Source: Patescibacteria group bacterium (GTDB taxonomy: Bacteria > Patescibacteriota > Minisyncoccia > Phycocordibacterales > Phycocordibacteraceae). From it: a DNA stretch of 64,000 bases. The stretch lies in contig JAZJYZ010000001.1 of the NCBI GenBank assembly GCA_040390125.1, forward strand, positions 570,396 to 634,395. The letters run 5' to 3'. Below, piece after piece: positions 26,951 through 37,342 of this stretch. Made by a program: the position numbers and the translations under genes. Under the pieces are notes generated by a model that was not told the DNA's origin, did no database searches, and was given only the letters and a program-made list of their open reading frames with translations. Positions within the stretch are counted from its first letter, which is position 1; the number at the start of each line of letters is the position of its first letter.

Positions 26951-28672
26951 CTACTTTGTCATTTCCGGTCTTTCGGCAACCACGAAACGGAGCACCTCTC
27001 CCATTACTGAAGGTGCTCCTTGAAGAGTACCTGCTTTCGCACGCTCCATCACAACTGCAAACGCATACTTTGGATTCTCATACGGGAAAAACCCTACAAC
27101 GAGAGAATTTGTAAATTCTTTATGTGCACCAATTTCAGCGGTGCCCGTCTTTGCACCAGCGTGCACCCCGGGAACTGCGAGTGCTTGCGCAATACCTTCC
27201 GTCACTGCCAGTCGCATACCCTCCCGCACCACACGAAGATTGTCCGCACTCACTGCAACTCTTTCATGTAATCCTGTTTTTCCTGCTTCTATGACGGGAG
27301 TTACGAGCGTGCCCCCGTTTGCAATAGATGCAATTGAATGGACTAACTGCATGGGCGTAACTTGAAAACCGTATTGCCCAATCGCCGTGTGGTACGTGTT
27401 TCCAAGAAACCACCGCTCTCCATCAAACATGTTTGCCTTCCATTCCGGATTTGGAATTGTACCGAACTCTTCGCCAGCTATGGGTGCACCTGTCTCCTTT
27501 CCAAAACCAAACATGCGCATATACTTTTCAATTGCCGCAATTCCTAAGCCCGGCTGATCTTTGTAGCCCCCTCCTACTGCATAGAAATAAACATCAGAAG
27601 AAACTGCAATGGCATGCCTCACATCAGTCCAACCGTTCGCTCTCCAGTCTTTGAAGATGGTAGGTTTAGTAGGATCATAGGGATTAGGAATCGAAATGGA
27701 GCCAGTCGATAAAATTTGTTTATCAGGTGTGATAATTCGCTCTTGCAGGGCTGCGCTTGCTACGAACGGCTTCACAACGGAGCCTGGGGTATAAAGCCCA
27801 GAAACTGCCCTATCAAGAAATGGGGAACGGTCACTCGTTAAAAATTTTGCAACAGATTCTTTAGGGGTACCGCTCGACATCACTTCAGGATCAAACGATG
27901 GATAACTTACTACTGCAAGAAGTTCGCCAGTCTCTATATCCATAATCACACCAGACCCTCCACGCCAACCCGACTCCTCTGATCTATTGGCTATTGCCCC
28001 ATACAATGCTTCTTGTATTCCAGCATCAAGCGAAAGATGAATATCGGCTCCTGCTTCAGCAACACGCACCATGCTTCCTGACACTGTGTCCCCTTGTGCA
28101 TTGGTCTCTGCAATTTGAAGCCCGTTAGTACCTGCGAGTGCCGTGTTGTATAGAGATTCAATACCAATGACGCCTTCAGTTTGCTCTTGATACCAGTAGC
28201 CATTTTGATCGGCTTTCGGATACGAAACATATCCAACTACAATTGCACCAGCAGAACCCAGAGGGTAGTCTCGTGTCGTAAAAGCACTCTGCTCGTTTTC
28301 CTTGCTATCCACCGTCGAAGAAGCTACGGGGAGCATGTGCAGTGTATTTGATGCAAGTACCACACCATTCCGATCCGTAATAAGCCCACGATCAGCAATA
28401 ATAATTGAGTGTGCAAGCCGGTTTGCTTCAGCACGGGCTACGAGAGGAGCATACTGCATAACCTGCAAATTAATTAATGCCCCCGCAAAGATAATACCTA
28501 CCAGTACAACGAGTGCAAAAAACCCACGGAAGGCATTAGCGCCTACCGGTCTTTCAATTCTTCCTTCCAAACGTGAAGTGTCGAATGCAGGCAAGTTTGC
28601 AGAATCAATAAGGATTTCGTCTGGTTCGATTTCTTGATAGCGACGTCTACGATTGAAAAAGGCACGATGCAT
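26951..28672 (-). CDS. mrdA: Penicillin-binding protein 2 (elongation-specific transpeptidase)
   Basis: 573 aa with an N-terminal TM helix and SVVK (SxxK), SSD and KTGTAE motifs, directly downstream of mreBCD. Confidence 0.88.
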   Translation of the reverse strand: MHRAFFNRRRRYQEIEPDEILIDSANLPAFDTSRLEGRIERPVGANAFRGFFALVVLVGIIFAGALINLQVMQYAPLVARAEANRLAHSIIIADRGLITDRNGVVLASNTLHMLPVASSTVDSKENEQSAFTTRDYPLGSAGAIVVGYVSYPKADQNGYWYQEQTEGVIGIESLYNTALAGTNGLQIAETNAQGDTVSGSMVRVAEAGADIHLSLDAGIQEALYGAIANRSEESGWRGGSGVIMDIETGELLAVVSYPSFDPEVMSSGTPKESVAKFLTSDRSPFLDRAVSGLYTPGSVVKPFVASAALQERIITPDKQILSTGSISIPNPYDPTKPTIFKDWRANGWTDVRHAIAVSSDVYFYAVGGGYKDQPGLGIAAIEKYMRMFGFGKETGAPIAGEEFGTIPNPEWKANMFDGERWFLGNTYHTAIGQYGFQVTPMQLVHSIASIANGGTLVTPVIEAGKTGLHERVAVSADNLRVVREGMRLAVTEGIAQALAVPGVHAGAKTGTAEIGAHKEFTNSLVVGFFPYENPKYAFAVVMERAKAGTLQGAPSVMGEVLRFVVAERPEMTK

Positions 28673-28738
28673 AGATACTACTATACGTACGAAAGGGGTG
28701 AATGAAAACCCTACTTTAGACAGGTTCTTAGATGAGTT

Positions 28739-28996
28739 CTATTCCGAGAGCGTTCGGTGCAGATACCATGACAAACCTACAAGAATTAAAAAAAGCGCTG
28801 TATAGAGATACTGGAATCCCCAAAGCGGTGCCATGGGCGCACCAAACAAAACATCCATTAGTACACCACCAAGAATAAGAGTGATGTACGCTTGGAAAAG
28901 ACCAATAAGAACGATGCCAATGAGTACCGTGAGCCACCAATTCGCTACAACAGCGCTCATGAGAAATGCGACCGTAAGGCAAAGACGTAGAGTCAC
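28739..28996 (-). CDS. mreD: Rod shape-determining protein MreD-like (short)
   Basis: 85-aa polytopic membrane ORF between mreC and mrdA. The start is uncertain. Confidence 0.4.
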   Translation of the reverse strand: MTLRLCLTVAFLMSAVVANWWLTVLIGIVLIGLFQAYITLILGGVLMDVLFGAPMAPLWGFQYLYTALFLILVGLSWYLHRTLSE

Positions 28997-29754
28997 GGGG
29001 TCGAAATAATTCGAATAAAATCAAGTTCCGCAAAAGAAAATGGCAATGCAACCCGAACTTTTTGCGACACGTCACGTGCCTCAAAAGCAACACTCTGAAC
29101 AGTACCTAAAATTAAGGATTCAGTTCCGGGGAACCGCACAACATCGCCAACTACCACTTCCACACCCTGTGGCACAGAGAGTTCAAATGCACCACCACCC
29201 AAACCCTTCGCCACTGCGACCGCAGAAGGCTCGCCTAAAATAACATCTGCCGAGACACCTGCACTCGAAAACAAACTCACTACTGCGGTTGTAGTGTCTG
29301 CCGTGATTACACGCCCTAAAGCGACTCCTTCATACACCGCCATATCATTTTGATGTACTCCACTATCCTGCCCTATATCGATAATAAGCGTATCGTAATT
29401 AGTTTGAGGAGGTCGTGCGATAACACGACCCGTGCTCCCTGAAGAAACTGCTCGAGCTCCTACAGATTTTCTTAAGTTTTCATTTTCACGAACAAGAAGA
29501 CTGTACAGTAGTGATTGATAGGCAATGCGATTCAAATCGGCATCCGCAACACTCAAACGTGCGATGAGTGCATCTTTTGAAAGTGCACTGTACTCTCCAC
29601 TCGTTACACGAGGCGCTACTATAGTTTCAAAAATTCCCCGAGCGTATGAGCCAATATTCGAACCGAAAAAAAATAGAAGGACTAAACATCCAAGCGCAAA
29701 AGCGCCTAGAAGTAGACGAAGAAACCAATTAGAATCCTGCGAGCGCCCCATCAT
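28993..29754 (-). CDS. mreC: Rod shape-determining protein MreC
   Basis: 253 aa with an N-terminal TM helix, coiled coil and beta-rich C-terminal half, overlapping mreB by 26 nt. Confidence 0.7.
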   Translation of the reverse strand: MMGRSQDSNWFLRLLLGAFALGCLVLLFFFGSNIGSYARGIFETIVAPRVTSGEYSALSKDALIARLSVADADLNRIAYQSLLYSLLVRENENLRKSVGARAVSSGSTGRVIARPPQTNYDTLIIDIGQDSGVHQNDMAVYEGVALGRVITADTTTAVVSLFSSAGVSADVILGEPSAVAVAKGLGGGAFELSVPQGVEVVVGDVVRFPGTESLILGTVQSVAFEARDVSQKVRVALPFSFAELDFIRIISTP

Positions 29755-30790
29755 CGTCGTCTACTAATACTGAGCGATATTTTGCAACGTCTTCAAGAAC
29801 AATTCCGGTACCTCGAACCACAGTAGTCAGTGGGTCGTCTACGACATGAATCGGTACTTTAAGCTCGGCCGCTAACAATTCAGGGAGTCCACGCAAAAGC
29901 GCCCCTCCACCGGTAAGAAAAATACCAAGACGCATAACATCCGAAACGACTTCAGGAGGTGCCGTTTCAATAACCTCTTTTATAGCTTCAACAATAGAAG
30001 AAACTGACGAACCAATTGCCTCACGTATGTCTGCATCTGTAATGACAATTTCACGAGGCAACCCCGTAACGAGGTCACGCCCACGAATGTGTGTCTCTAA
30101 CGCCACAGGAAGTTTAAGTGCAGAGCCTACTGCAACCTTGACGTCCTCAGCCGTTCGCTCGCCTATCAGTATTTTAAATTCACTGCGTATATAGCTTGCA
30201 ATGTCATCATTCAACACATCTCCTGCAATACGAATATTCTTTGCACGCACAATGCCACCCAAAGACATCAACGCAATGTCGGTTGTACCTCCTCCAATAT
30301 CAACGAGCATGCTTCCAACGGCACTCTCAACTGGAAGCCGTGCTCCCAAAGCTGCCGCCATTGGCTCTTCAATAATGAACACTTCACGTGCACCCGCATT
30401 CCTCGCAGCGTCTCGGACAGCACGAATCTCTACATTCGTAATGCCTGATGGCACACCAATGACCACTCGAGGCCCCAGTGGCATGCGTTCCGTGTGCGCC
30501 TTCTGCAAAAGATATGTGAGCATTTCTTCAGTCACTTCGAAATCAGAAATTACACCTTCAACGAGAGGCCGAACAGCAACAATGTGCGTCGGTGTTCTGC
30601 CTATCATGTCTCTTGCCGCTGCACCGACCGCAACTACCTGCCCCGTTTTTTGATTCAACGCAACAACCGATGGTTCGGTAATAACAATGCCCTTGCCTTT
30701 AAGATAGACGAGGGTGTTGGCGGTGCCGAGATCGATGCCAATGTCCTTCGAGAACCGTTCAGTTATTTTTCGAGGGATTCTAAAAGCCAT
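29729..30790 (-). CDS. mreB: Rod shape-determining protein MreB
   Basis: 353 aa; IGIDLGTANTLVY and the actin-like ATPase motifs. Confidence 0.92.
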   Translation of the reverse strand: MAFRIPRKITERFSKDIGIDLGTANTLVYLKGKGIVITEPSVVALNQKTGQVVAVGAAARDMIGRTPTHIVAVRPLVEGVISDFEVTEEMLTYLLQKAHTERMPLGPRVVIGVPSGITNVEIRAVRDAARNAGAREVFIIEEPMAAALGARLPVESAVGSMLVDIGGGTTDIALMSLGGIVRAKNIRIAGDVLNDDIASYIRSEFKILIGERTAEDVKVAVGSALKLPVALETHIRGRDLVTGLPREIVITDADIREAIGSSVSSIVEAIKEVIETAPPEVVSDVMRLGIFLTGGGALLRGLPELLAAELKVPIHVVDDPLTTVVRGTGIVLEDVAKYRSVLVDDDDGALAGF

Positions 30791-32033
30791 ACTCTCCGGT
30801 TAAAAGTGCATCCGTTGTAATCATATTGACTTTTCCATCGGTGCGTCTGGTAATTTCTACTGCATCTGGAGTTGCGCTCTTCCCAATGACCACACGATAC
30901 GGAATTCCTAAGAGCTCTGAATCTGCAAACTTCTCACCTGCACGCACATCCCTCTCGTCATACAAGACTTCCACGCCCGCTTTCAATAAATCCATATAGA
31001 GAGAGTCCGCAAACGCTCGTACCTCTGCGTTACCCTGAGAAAGCTCAATGAGGTGAATCTTAAATGGAGCAATTGATTCCGGCCATACAATTCCTTTTGC
31101 ATCCGAAAGAACTTCCACCACGGTACCCATGAGCCGTGTAATGCCAATACCGTACGAGCCCATAACTACGGGTTTTTCAACTCCGTCTTCATCCTTGAAC
31201 GAAAGACCGAGGGGTACTGAGTAGCGAGTGCCGAGTTTAAAAATATTTCCGACCTCTATTGATTTCTTTTCAACCAATACGTTTCGATCAAGACTGAGCT
31301 CTTGCAACACCTCGTCCGTGAACACCTCTTTATTCACGGCTATCTTTTTCTCCATGTCGATATAAATAGTGTCCTCACCAACGTCTGAAACAGTTTGAAA
31401 TTCGTGACTCCATTTGCTGAATACTCCGCCCGTTGCAAAGGTAAGGTACGTTGAGTCCCCAATACCTACACGGCGATATACGTTTTCATACGCAACACCT
31501 ATATCGGTATAAAACTGATTCAAATCTTCTTCTGTGCGGGAAAAGGAGTAGAGATCTTTCATAAGAAATTCCCTGCCCCGCATGATGCCACCTTTCGCAC
31601 GAAGTTCGTTGCGGAATTTTGATTGAATGTGGTAGGTGTAAAGTGGCAAGTCACGATACGAGTGAACGTGATTTGTCATGATTCTCGTCCACGGTTCTTC
31701 ATGACTAAATGAAAGACCGAGTGCAGTGCCATTTGAAAGTTCAGTCTTTAACCACGCATCCACATTGTCTTCACTCCATCTATCTGTTTTTTTCCAAATT
31801 TCAGGATCCTGCAACACTGACACCAAGCCTTCTTGGGCCCCGAGTGCATTCATTTCTTCGCGAACAATATTGGAAATCTTATTGAGCACACGAAGTCCAA
31901 GCGGAAGAAAACTGTACACACCAGCAACCTCTTTATGGATATAACCTCCTCGAATGAGAAGCTCAGCGTTCCTAGACACTTCGTCCTTCGGGGCGTCTTT
32001 ACGGGTTTTGGTGAATAGATGTGATTGTTTCAT
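30780..32033 (-). CDS. proS: Proline--tRNA ligase (short form lacking INS editing domain)
   Basis: 417 aa; the N-terminus FTKTRKDAPKDEVSRNAELLIRGGYI...LPLGLRVLNKISNIVREEM matches class II ProRS. Confidence 0.88.
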   Translation of the reverse strand: MKQSHLFTKTRKDAPKDEVSRNAELLIRGGYIHKEVAGVYSFLPLGLRVLNKISNIVREEMNALGAQEGLVSVLQDPEIWKKTDRWSEDNVDAWLKTELSNGTALGLSFSHEEPWTRIMTNHVHSYRDLPLYTYHIQSKFRNELRAKGGIMRGREFLMKDLYSFSRTEEDLNQFYTDIGVAYENVYRRVGIGDSTYLTFATGGVFSKWSHEFQTVSDVGEDTIYIDMEKKIAVNKEVFTDEVLQELSLDRNVLVEKKSIEVGNIFKLGTRYSVPLGLSFKDEDGVEKPVVMGSYGIGITRLMGTVVEVLSDAKGIVWPESIAPFKIHLIELSQGNAEVRAFADSLYMDLLKAGVEVLYDERDVRAGEKFADSELLGIPYRVVIGKSATPDAVEITRRTDGKVNMITTDALLTGEYGF

Positions 32034-32111
32034 TTCACCTCACAGTATAGCTAATAAAGCCTTACTCCAAAACTAGCGTTTTGAAGAGCTGATGTAGGGG
32101 TTATAAGATAC

Positions 32112-33173
32112 TCAGCCAATAAAGAGGTAGTCGTAATGCACAAGGGCACGTCCGCCTTTTTTGCCCAGAAATTCGGTTGCACTTACAGCATCATATTGAG
32201 CAATGCCGGCGCCGATTTTCTTTTTTGCTCGATTTCTGATTTCAATAACATCACCTTTTTTGAAGTCGCCTTCGACTTTTGTAATGCCCACAGGAAGCAA
32301 ACTGGCAAACTCACCCGACATAAGCACTTCCTCCGCACGTTCGTCCACGTACACAGCACCCGCCCCGAGCCCTTCGGAATTAGATAAACGACGTTTGATT
32401 GCAGAAATTTTACGGTCAGGAATAAACCGGGTACCAAAAACACGCCCCTCGGCTATATCAATGACGACATTCTTTTTCTTGCCGTTTGCCACAAACACTT
32501 CAATCCCTTGTGTCATCAACCTTCTGGCTATTTCAAATTTTCTTTTCATTCCTCCCCTACCCCCTTGAGATTTCGCATCCGTGATGTGAAGCGCAAGTGA
32601 CTCTGCAGTTTCAAGAGTAACTTCCGGTATAACTGGGCCGTCAATCCCCGTCCCCTCAAGAATGCCGTCAACGCTCGAAAGCATGATAACGAGGTCGGCA
32701 TTTATTTGGGATGCCACAAGACCCGCAAGCTCGTCGTTATCGCTGAAAGAAAGTTCGTGATGTGCAATAACATCATTTTCGTTGACGATAGGCACGATGG
32801 ATTCCCGAAGGAGATTTTCAAAGCACGCTTTCATGCTGGCGTAGTGATTTCTATCTCTAAAATCCCCCTTGGTGACTAACACCTGTGCCGAAGCGTATCC
32901 ATGTTCTGCAAAAAGCTTGGCATAGAGAGACATCAAACCCACCTGCCCCACGGAGGCATACACTTGTCTATTGGTTGAATCTTCAGAACCGCCCAAATTG
33001 GAAACGATACTTCGCCCAACTGCTACAGCTCCAGACGTTACAACAACTGTATCAACTCCACGTTCACGTAACCCAATGACCTGCTGTACGAGATCACGCA
33101 CCACTCCCTCCACAAGATTGCCTGCATCGGTGATGACACCAGTTCCTATTTTTATAACAATTCTTTTATACAT
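32112..33173 (-). CDS. proB: Glutamate 5-kinase (with PUA domain)
   Basis: 353 aa; MYKRIVIKIGTGVITD amino-acid-kinase N-terminus and a C-terminal PUA-like region. Confidence 0.9.
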   Translation of the reverse strand: MYKRIVIKIGTGVITDAGNLVEGVVRDLVQQVIGLRERGVDTVVVTSGAVAVGRSIVSNLGGSEDSTNRQVYASVGQVGLMSLYAKLFAEHGYASAQVLVTKGDFRDRNHYASMKACFENLLRESIVPIVNENDVIAHHELSFSDNDELAGLVASQINADLVIMLSSVDGILEGTGIDGPVIPEVTLETAESLALHITDAKSQGGRGGMKRKFEIARRLMTQGIEVFVANGKKKNVVIDIAEGRVFGTRFIPDRKISAIKRRLSNSEGLGAGAVYVDERAEEVLMSGEFASLLPVGITKVEGDFKKGDVIEIRNRAKKKIGAGIAQYDAVSATEFLGKKGGRALVHYDYLFIG

Positions 33174-33190
33174 ACTGTTCTGATCTAAAT

Positions 33191-34015
33191 TTATGCCTTT
33201 CGTGTTTTTTTAATTTTTAGGTGTCCCTGTTTGAGGGCTCGCACAAAACCTTGATGCACACCGGAGCGCTTCAAGCTTGTAAGTATTGCTTCGGTAATGC
33301 CCCCTTTTGTTGCAACTGATTCCATTAATTGCTGAGGCGACATGCGAGATGCTTCCAAGTAGGCGCTCGTGCCTTTAAAGGTGTGTGTTGCCAAAGCAGT
33401 AGCGGTATCTTTTGAAAGCCCTAGGGTCTGCCCAGCGGTTAGAACAGCTTCAATTGCATACGCAACTACTGCAGGTCCAGAACCAGAAACAACGGTGAGA
33501 ATCTCAAGTTCAGATTCTTTCTGTACCTCAAGCACAAACCCTAGGCCTTGGAGTACGTACTTCAACTGAGAAAGGTCTCTCACTGAAATCCTACTCCCAA
33601 ACAATCCAATGACTCCTTGATTCTCTGCAATAGGAATGTTGGGCATGATTCGAGCAAAAGAAACACTCGAGCTTTTAGTTTCTTGTCTCAAATCTTCTAT
33701 GGTCACTCCCGCAGCAAGAGAAATGATGAGTCGTTTTTTGCTTGCATCTTTTATCTCTTTCAATACCGTGCCAATGCTCCCTGGCTTCACGGCAAGAAAT
33801 ACCCATTCTGCATGTGCTGTAGCTAGAACATTGTCGGCGGTAACAGTAATGCCAAGTTTTTTGAGATGAGCAATGTGTTGTACCTGTGAGTCGCTTACCG
33901 TCAATTGAGACGGACGCACTCGAGCACTTCGCACAAGCCCGAGAGCTAATGCACTCCCAATGTGTCCTCCACCAATAATGGCTATTTTTTTATCAACGGA
34001 TCTGACCTTTTCCAT
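33191..34015 (-). CDS. proC: Pyrroline-5-carboxylate reductase
   Basis: 274 aa; IAIIGGGHIGSALALGL Rossmann motif and a ProC-like C-terminal half. Confidence 0.88.
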   Translation of the reverse strand: MEKVRSVDKKIAIIGGGHIGSALALGLVRSARVRPSQLTVSDSQVQHIAHLKKLGITVTADNVLATAHAEWVFLAVKPGSIGTVLKEIKDASKKRLIISLAAGVTIEDLRQETKSSSVSFARIMPNIPIAENQGVIGLFGSRISVRDLSQLKYVLQGLGFVLEVQKESELEILTVVSGSGPAVVAYAIEAVLTAGQTLGLSKDTATALATHTFKGTSAYLEASRMSPQQLMESVATKGGITEAILTSLKRSGVHQGFVRALKQGHLKIKKTRKA

Positions 34016-35225
34016 ACACTTCCCATTTATAGGTTGTTAATTCTTTTAAGCCGACCGGCCCTCGTGCGTGCAACTTCGAGGTCGAAATACCCATTTCGGC
34101 TCCAAAGCCAAACACGTAACCGTCATGAAGTCGTGGCGAACAATTGATGAAAATTGCAGCAGCATCGACTGCGTTCACAAACGCACGCTGAACTGTTTTA
34201 TTTTTTGCAATAATTCCTTCAGAGTGACGCTTCGTGTGTGCGTTCACAAAAACACCCGCTTCCACCACATCGCTCACCACTTTTATGGTAACGGAGAGTC
34301 CAAGAAATTCTGTATCCCAATCACTGGCGGTCGCACGCTTTGTGCCCGCAAGCGTATGCGACGCATCGTCCCCAAGCACCGTAACACCATTTTTCTCAAG
34401 AGCACGGACGATGTGCGGCACAAATTTTTGAGCAATGTTCTTATGTACAAGAATAGTGTCTAAAGAATTACATGCTGAGGGTTTGGTAATTTTTGCATTG
34501 ATGAGTATCTTCTCTGCCATATGAAGGTCTGCACTCTTGTCTACATAGATTCTTGCACCTCCCGCCGCATGAGCGAGCACCGGAATCGTTGAAGCATTCA
34601 TGACGGCTTTCACCATCTGGTATCCACCTCGAGCAATCACCAAATCAATAAAATCATTTTGTGTTAAGAGATCATTCGTTACCGCACGCTCCGAAGAGGA
34701 GATGAAATGCACAGATTCTTCAGGAAGTTTCGATTTTTTCAACGCAATACGAATGCACTCATAGAGCACTTGGTTTGTAGAAAGTGCTTCAGAGCCACCT
34801 TTAAGAATGACTGCGTTCCCAGACTTCACGGCTAACGTAGCGACGTCTATAGTTACTTCCGGCCTGGCTTCGTAAATAACCATTAAGACCCCCAAAGAGG
34901 TACGAACTTTTTTAAAGAGTACTCCACCTGCTCCCTTTCTTTGTTCTATTGTTTCACCGAGACCACTCTTCAACTTCTCTACGTCACGAATTTTTTCCAC
35001 TAGATGCCGTACGCCCTTTTCATCCAGAGTAAGCCGTTCAATGAATGCAGAAGAAAGAGCATTACTGCGAGCACGAGCAAGATCTTTTTCGTTTGCTAGC
35101 AAAATCTTTTTTGTATTTTTCTTCACTGCCACAGACAAGTAGCGCAAAAACCTATTGCGCTCAGCTTCGCTTGCACCAGCAAGAGTCAGAGATGATTCAC
35201 GTATTTTTTTGAGATTGTTTTTCAT
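33993..35225 (-). CDS. proA: Gamma-glutamyl phosphate reductase
   Basis: 410 aa, ALDH-superfamily ProA. It overlaps proC by 23 nt. Confidence 0.9.
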   Translation of the reverse strand: MKNNLKKIRESSLTLAGASEAERNRFLRYLSVAVKKNTKKILLANEKDLARARSNALSSAFIERLTLDEKGVRHLVEKIRDVEKLKSGLGETIEQRKGAGGVLFKKVRTSLGVLMVIYEARPEVTIDVATLAVKSGNAVILKGGSEALSTNQVLYECIRIALKKSKLPEESVHFISSSERAVTNDLLTQNDFIDLVIARGGYQMVKAVMNASTIPVLAHAAGGARIYVDKSADLHMAEKILINAKITKPSACNSLDTILVHKNIAQKFVPHIVRALEKNGVTVLGDDASHTLAGTKRATASDWDTEFLGLSVTIKVVSDVVEAGVFVNAHTKRHSEGIIAKNKTVQRAFVNAVDAAAIFINCSPRLHDGYVFGFGAEMGISTSKLHARGPVGLKELTTYKWEVYGKGQIR

Positions 35226-35318
35226 AGCGATTTCTTTAGAATAACACCATTATCTTGGGACAAAATAAATGCCCCTATCTCCGAACGGAGGCAGGGGCGA
35301 GGAATATCAGGGTACCTT

Positions 35319-35347
35319 GATCCCTTCGGATCCGATGAGGCATCGCC
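35319..35347 (-). ncRNA. Two-hairpin structured motif, copy B, in the proA leader
   Basis: Minus-strand reading is GGCGATGCCTCATCGGATCCGAAGGGATC. A hairpin with T-tail follows at 35266-35300 (GCCCCTGCCTCCGTTCGGAGATAGGGGC atttatttt), 40 nt before the proA start. Confidence 0.4.
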
Positions 35348-35581
35348 TTTTTTTGTTCTCCGCGCTCCTGTCTTCCGACTGACACGCTTTAGGAGTTTTT
35401 CACGGTTTCCTTTTCCGTCACACTTATATCCTCGAGGGAATTTCGTGTGCAGCTCGTCTGGCTGGGTACCAAACTCAAACGCTTTTATTCAACTCTTTAA
35501 ATCGTAACAAATGATGAAGATTTGTCAAGCGTTAGCAATGCCATCTCTTTGCTCTCACTGCACACAAACAAATAAAAACAA

Positions 35582-36670
35582 TCAACTGACGAGTTTAAAT
35601 ATATCGTGCGCAGTAACAACGAGCATGAGGAGGATGAGAAGCCCAAATCCAGCAATATTGAGCCCGTCAGCAACACGGGCAGGAATCTTGCGTCGAGAAA
35701 TTGTTTCAACAAAAAGAAATGCCAGTCGGCCACCGTCGAGCGCAGGAAACGGAAGTAGGTTCACAATTGCCAAGTTCATTGAAATGAGTGCAGCGAGCGA
35801 GAGAATTGAACCAAGCCCAAACCCCGATGCGTCCCCCACTAAAGAAACAATACCCACGGGTCCCGTAATGGTTGAGATATCAGCAGAGAGTGTAAAAGCT
35901 TGGCCGATGAGTGTTCCTAGTCCAATCAGTATTCCCTTCGTTTCTGTGAAGGTGTCAGTGACTCCTGCAATAAATGCCTTTTCAATAGGTAGTGTTAGTG
36001 TCCCAACGAGCGCAGGTGCAATGCCGATAACGAGCCGTTCTGGATTTTCAGGATCAACACCTTTAATAGGCGTAACAGTAAACTCCGTCTGCACACCGCC
36101 CCGAAGAACTCCTACCGTAAGAGGACCTTCTGCCTCTTTTATGGCAGTGAGGACATCTTCAGGCTTCTCTATCTTTGTTTCAATGCTATTTGAGGAAATA
36201 GAAACAATCTCATCCCCTGCTTTGATACCTGCAGTAAAAGCGGGACTGCCTGCGAGTACCTGCACGGCACGCACATGGGGATTCTGTATATATTCTGCAT
36301 TCTCTGTGCCTCCAACAAGAGCGGGAATACCTACCATGAGAGCGGAAGTAGCGAGTATGAGACCTAAGACAAGATTAGAAAATGGCCCTGCAAACAGAGT
36401 CGCTGCCTGAAGAATTTTTGGGCGTCTTGCAAACGCTCGAGGATCGTCTAACCCAGCATCGTCTTCACCAACAATCTTTACAAATCCACCAAACGGTAAT
36501 GCATTAATTGTGTATTCTGTTTCTCCAATTTTCTTCCCCCACAACTTTGGAGGAAATCCAAGACCGAACTCTGGCACTTTCATACCAGAAAGTTTCGCAA
36601 CAATTAAGTGTCCAAATTCATGCCCAACGATGAGGGCAACAAGCATGATGATGAAAATGAGTATGGACAT
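35582..36670 (-). CDS. rseP: RIP metalloprotease RseP (site-2 protease)
   Basis: 362 aa; HEFGHLIVAK (HExxH) in the first TM helix, a PDZ region and C-terminal TM helices. Confidence 0.85.
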   Translation of the reverse strand: MSILIFIIMLVALIVGHEFGHLIVAKLSGMKVPEFGLGFPPKLWGKKIGETEYTINALPFGGFVKIVGEDDAGLDDPRAFARRPKILQAATLFAGPFSNLVLGLILATSALMVGIPALVGGTENAEYIQNPHVRAVQVLAGSPAFTAGIKAGDEIVSISSNSIETKIEKPEDVLTAIKEAEGPLTVGVLRGGVQTEFTVTPIKGVDPENPERLVIGIAPALVGTLTLPIEKAFIAGVTDTFTETKGILIGLGTLIGQAFTLSADISTITGPVGIVSLVGDASGFGLGSILSLAALISMNLAIVNLLPFPALDGGRLAFLFVETISRRKIPARVADGLNIAGFGLLILLMLVVTAHDIFKLVS

Positions 36671-36678
36671 ATGAGTAG

Positions 36679-36750
36679 GTGTCAGGTTACAGGTTCTAGC
36701 TTTCAGCTTGTAATTCTAACCTAGAACCTAGCACCTAGCACCTAAAACCT
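36679..36750. repeat. Heptamer-tiled palindromic element (AGGTTMY / ACCTAGM variant)
   Basis: AGGTTAC AGGTTCT AGCTTTC AGCTTG - taattcta - ACCTAGA ACCTAGC ACCTAGC ACCTAAA ACCTC, between frr and rseP. Confidence 0.45.
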
Positions 36751-37287
36751 CTAAGAAGCCAACTCGATTTCTTTTTTCTCAGTAGCAACTTCAAGCTTGC
36801 CATTCACCTCGTCTACTATTTTTTGTACTTCGCCTTTTAATCGCTTTGCCTCATCATCGCTCACGTCATCTTTCTCGATGTCCGCAATCGCCTTTGTTCT
36901 AAGTGTTCGAAGTTGAATGCGTGCCTCCTCTAATTTTCCACGCACCAATTTTATAAGCTGATGACGACGCTCTTCAGTGAGCATTGGGAACGACACACGA
37001 ATACCTTTATCATCAGAGCCTGCCGACACTCCTAAGTCCGCAACTACGATAGCCTTCTCAATTGCTTTTACCTGTTCCCTATCCCATGGATTCACATATA
37101 AGGTGCGTGCATCTTCAATGGTGATGTTTGCAACCTGATTCAATTTCATGCGGGAACCGTAGACTTCGATGAAAACACCATCAAGGAGCGTGGGCGTTGC
37201 TCGTCCCGTTCGCAAGGTCGACATTTCTCCCATGAGCCAATCAACTTTCTCGAGTGCTACTTTTTTGAATGCGTTTAGATCGTACAT
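36751..37287 (-). CDS. frr: Ribosome recycling factor
   Basis: 178-aa RRF fold sequence. Confidence 0.9.
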   Translation of the reverse strand: MYDLNAFKKVALEKVDWLMGEMSTLRTGRATPTLLDGVFIEVYGSRMKLNQVANITIEDARTLYVNPWDREQVKAIEKAIVVADLGVSAGSDDKGIRVSFPMLTEERRHQLIKLVRGKLEEARIQLRTLRTKAIADIEKDDVSDDEAKRLKGEVQKIVDEVNGKLEVATEKKEIELAS

Positions 37288-37342
37288 CTAGGGCAATTGT
37301 ACCAAACTTTCTGAGAGCGCACAGTGTTAGAATATACATACT

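Noticed and set aside
35226-35500. T-box riboswitch upstream of the proline/proS array
   Set aside because: No T-box consensus (AAUUAGGGUGGNACCGCG) was found. The same core motif occurs in unrelated leaders.
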